From an uncultured Nitrososphaeraceae archaeon (GTDB lineage Archaea; Thermoproteota; Nitrososphaeria; Nitrososphaerales; Nitrososphaeraceae): a stretch of DNA of 64,000 nucleotides. This document shows, one piece after another, positions 62,091-64,000 of this stretch. The notes under the pieces are model-generated. The model made no database searches. It saw only the letters and a program-made list of their open reading frames with translations, and had not been told where the DNA came from. The stretch spans positions 32,001-96,000 of the forward strand of contig CAWIMJ010000025.1 of assembly GCA_963837175.1 (NCBI GenBank), read 5' to 3'. Position 1 is the first letter of the stretch; every line of letters starts with the position of its first letter. Made by a program: the position numbers and the translations under genes.

Positions 62091-63002
62091 TCATTTCAAT
62101 TCAATCTTGTACCGATTCTCAGTCCATTCAACTAATGATTGTACATCCTTGGTAACGTAATCTGCTCCAGTAGTTTCTGAGAGTGAGAGCAGCTCAGTTG
62201 TACTCATTAATACCATTTTAATTTCCGCTTTCAATTTTTCTTTAATTGACTTTGTAGCGGCAGATAGAAAGCGCAAGGAGCTCTCTTCAGATGAATAAAT
62301 GAAAATGATCATCAAACCCTTCTTGTTATTCCACACTTTAGCAACATACCGTTGGAAATCAATATCAAAGAAAGGATCTATAAAATGTTCAACATTGCCA
62401 ATATATGATGAATCCCAACCCAATATCTGCAGTGATACAGCTCCAATCTTAGCATAACAAATTTGGTCCTCTGATCCGACAACACTTATTGCATGTGCAT
62501 TTGGCTTCATTTTATCTGGCCGTATATTATGTTTTAGTAAATCAACTAGCTCGGATATGATATTTAAAAGCGAAATTCGTTCTGTCACTCCCATTCTTCC
62601 CCTATTATAAAGTTCGTTAAGAGTATTAACGCTGGGCAAAACGACATCAGTTAATATTCTAATCTTTTCTATATCTGAATTTATTATATTTATTATAATT
62701 CTATATGCTTGATTTTGATCACCAACCAAGATTGCATTCATAAATTTTTGCTGCACTTCAAGGTAGTTAATCGGAAATTCAAATTCTGTTACGCCTGTTT
62801 CTAGAAACCACACATTTACAGAGCCTACCTTTTTTTTCTTGATCAGGCCAATTGTATACAATACATCGAGATATTTTGTTATTGTCATCCTGTTAATCCC
62901 AGTTTCGTTAGAAACTTCAACTCCCGACAGACCGGTAACATTACTTTGCAAAACATCAATAATCTTGCGTTTTACTTCCTCCAATGTGTACCGTCTGTAC
63001 AT
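62091..63002 (-). CDS. winged-helix transcriptional regulator with degenerate B12-binding-like domains
   Basis: HTH (GLSGVEVSNETGINRMTITKYL), helical cap (VLPSVNTLNELYNRGRMGVTE) and Rossmann-like C-terminus (GWDSSYIG, TGADY); likely ATG at 63002. Confidence 0.8.
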   Translation of the reverse strand: MYRRYTLEEVKRKIIDVLQSNVTGLSGVEVSNETGINRMTITKYLDVLYTIGLIKKKKVGSVNVWFLETGVTEFEFPINYLEVQQKFMNAILVGDQNQAYRIIINIINSDIEKIRILTDVVLPSVNTLNELYNRGRMGVTERISLLNIISELVDLLKHNIRPDKMKPNAHAISVVGSEDQICYAKIGAVSLQILGWDSSYIGNVEHFIDPFFDIDFQRYVAKVWNNKKGLMIIFIYSSEESSLRFLSAATKSIKEKLKAEIKMVLMSTTELLSLSETTGADYVTKDVQSLVEWTENRYKIELK

Positions 63003-63352
63003 GATCTCGTTAAGATTTTGGCATAATAAAATCTTTATCAACATTTTTTTGAAAAAGCATGAAATAGATACTAAATCAGTTATTGCATAAAGTAATCTAC
63101 ATGACGTCAGCCATTTTTTACGCGTACTATAATATCCATATATCACGAGATGTTCTCTCCAACAATGTTTGATGTTCTTGAGCTAAGTTGACTTAAGATG
63201 ATGATTAACTGTCCATAAGTTCTCTTTTTCTATGTATATGATGGAACTGTGATTTATCCAGATTTAACTACAAAGCTCATCTTATAACCTATTTTAGGTC
63301 ATCATGGACCAAAAAATTATAAATGTAGTGTAATGAATGACAGCGCGTACTA

Positions 63353-64000
63353 TTGGTAAAAGAAAAAGTAGTTTTGGCATTTTCGGGTGGACTTGACACC
63401 TCAGTGTGCGTCAGATATTTACAGATCATTCATAAAGTTGGATGTCATAACTCTGACTGTAGACTGTGGACAAAACGAAGATTTTCAAGAAGTTGAAATA
63501 AAAGCAAAGACAATCGGTGCCGTAAAACACATTTACATTGATGCCAGAGAAGATTTTGCAAAAAACTACGTAATCCCAAGCATCAAAGCAAATGGATTGT
63601 ATCAGGGTAAATATCCTTTGGCAACAGCTCTTGCTCGTCCTTTGATTGCAACCAAGGCAGTAGAAGTCGCAGAGAATGAGGGTGCTACTGCCGTTGCACA
63701 TGGTTGTACAGGAAAGGGAAATGATCAAATAAGGTTTGATGTTACAATGCGAGCCTTGAATCCAAATTTGAATATTATTGCTCCAATAAGGGACATGAAC
63801 CTTACAAGAGATATTGAAGTGAAATTTGCCAAAGAGCAAAATATTCCTGTTGCCGACGAAGCAAAGAAATATAGCATAGATCTCAACCTTTGGGGACGAG
63901 CTATAGAAGGAGGAAATATAGAAGATGCTTATTTGGAGTCACCAGAAGACGCATTTCAATTGATAAAATTCAATAATACTGATGTCGGCTATATGGAAAT
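63353..64000 (+). CDS. argG: argininosuccinate synthase (runs off window end; not in ORF track)
   Basis: TTG start, KVVLAFSGGLDTS, YPLATALARPLIA, AHGCTGKGNDQIRF and YSIDLNLWGR. Confidence 0.96.

Noticed and set aside
63426-63839. 137-aa minus-strand ORF
   Set aside because: Antisense to argG, which the track missed because it runs off the window

Overview
AT-rich archaeal chromosome window, most consistent with a soil ammonia-oxidising thaumarchaeon (Nitrososphaeraceae-like). The assignment is inferred from the group II chaperonin, Spt5, aIF2-alpha, Nop10, Nob1, Rio2, Lsm, CdvC/CdvB, bacterial-type MetK, PhaE and cobalamin genes. Most of the window is housekeeping: thermosome, rpl11, spt5, leuS, alaS, ileS, trxA, cbiC/X/G/D, cobO, hemD, metK, hppA, nadK, nnrD, partial argG and tRNA-Ile(GAT). 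Accessory or decayed material includes two IS6-family remnants with terminal inverted repeats, an SDR pseudogene, and a tyrosine-integrase pseudogene next to the 3' end of tRNA-Ile. That integrase borders a ~5 kb cargo region carrying a secreted intradiol dioxygenase-like protein, a Zn-ribbon protein, a repeat surface protein and a MOSC protein. Three conserved genes (aIF2-alpha, cbiD, cbiX) carry single-base insertions that look like motif-linked sequencing errors. No CRISPR array or rRNA was seen, and I found no clearly new multi-gene system. The best leads are the tRNA-linked island relic, a CarH-like regulator lacking its cobalamin-ligating histidines, an Spt5 with an acidic N-terminal extension, a divergent ESCRT-III gene with an ATA start, and a tandem palindromic operator.
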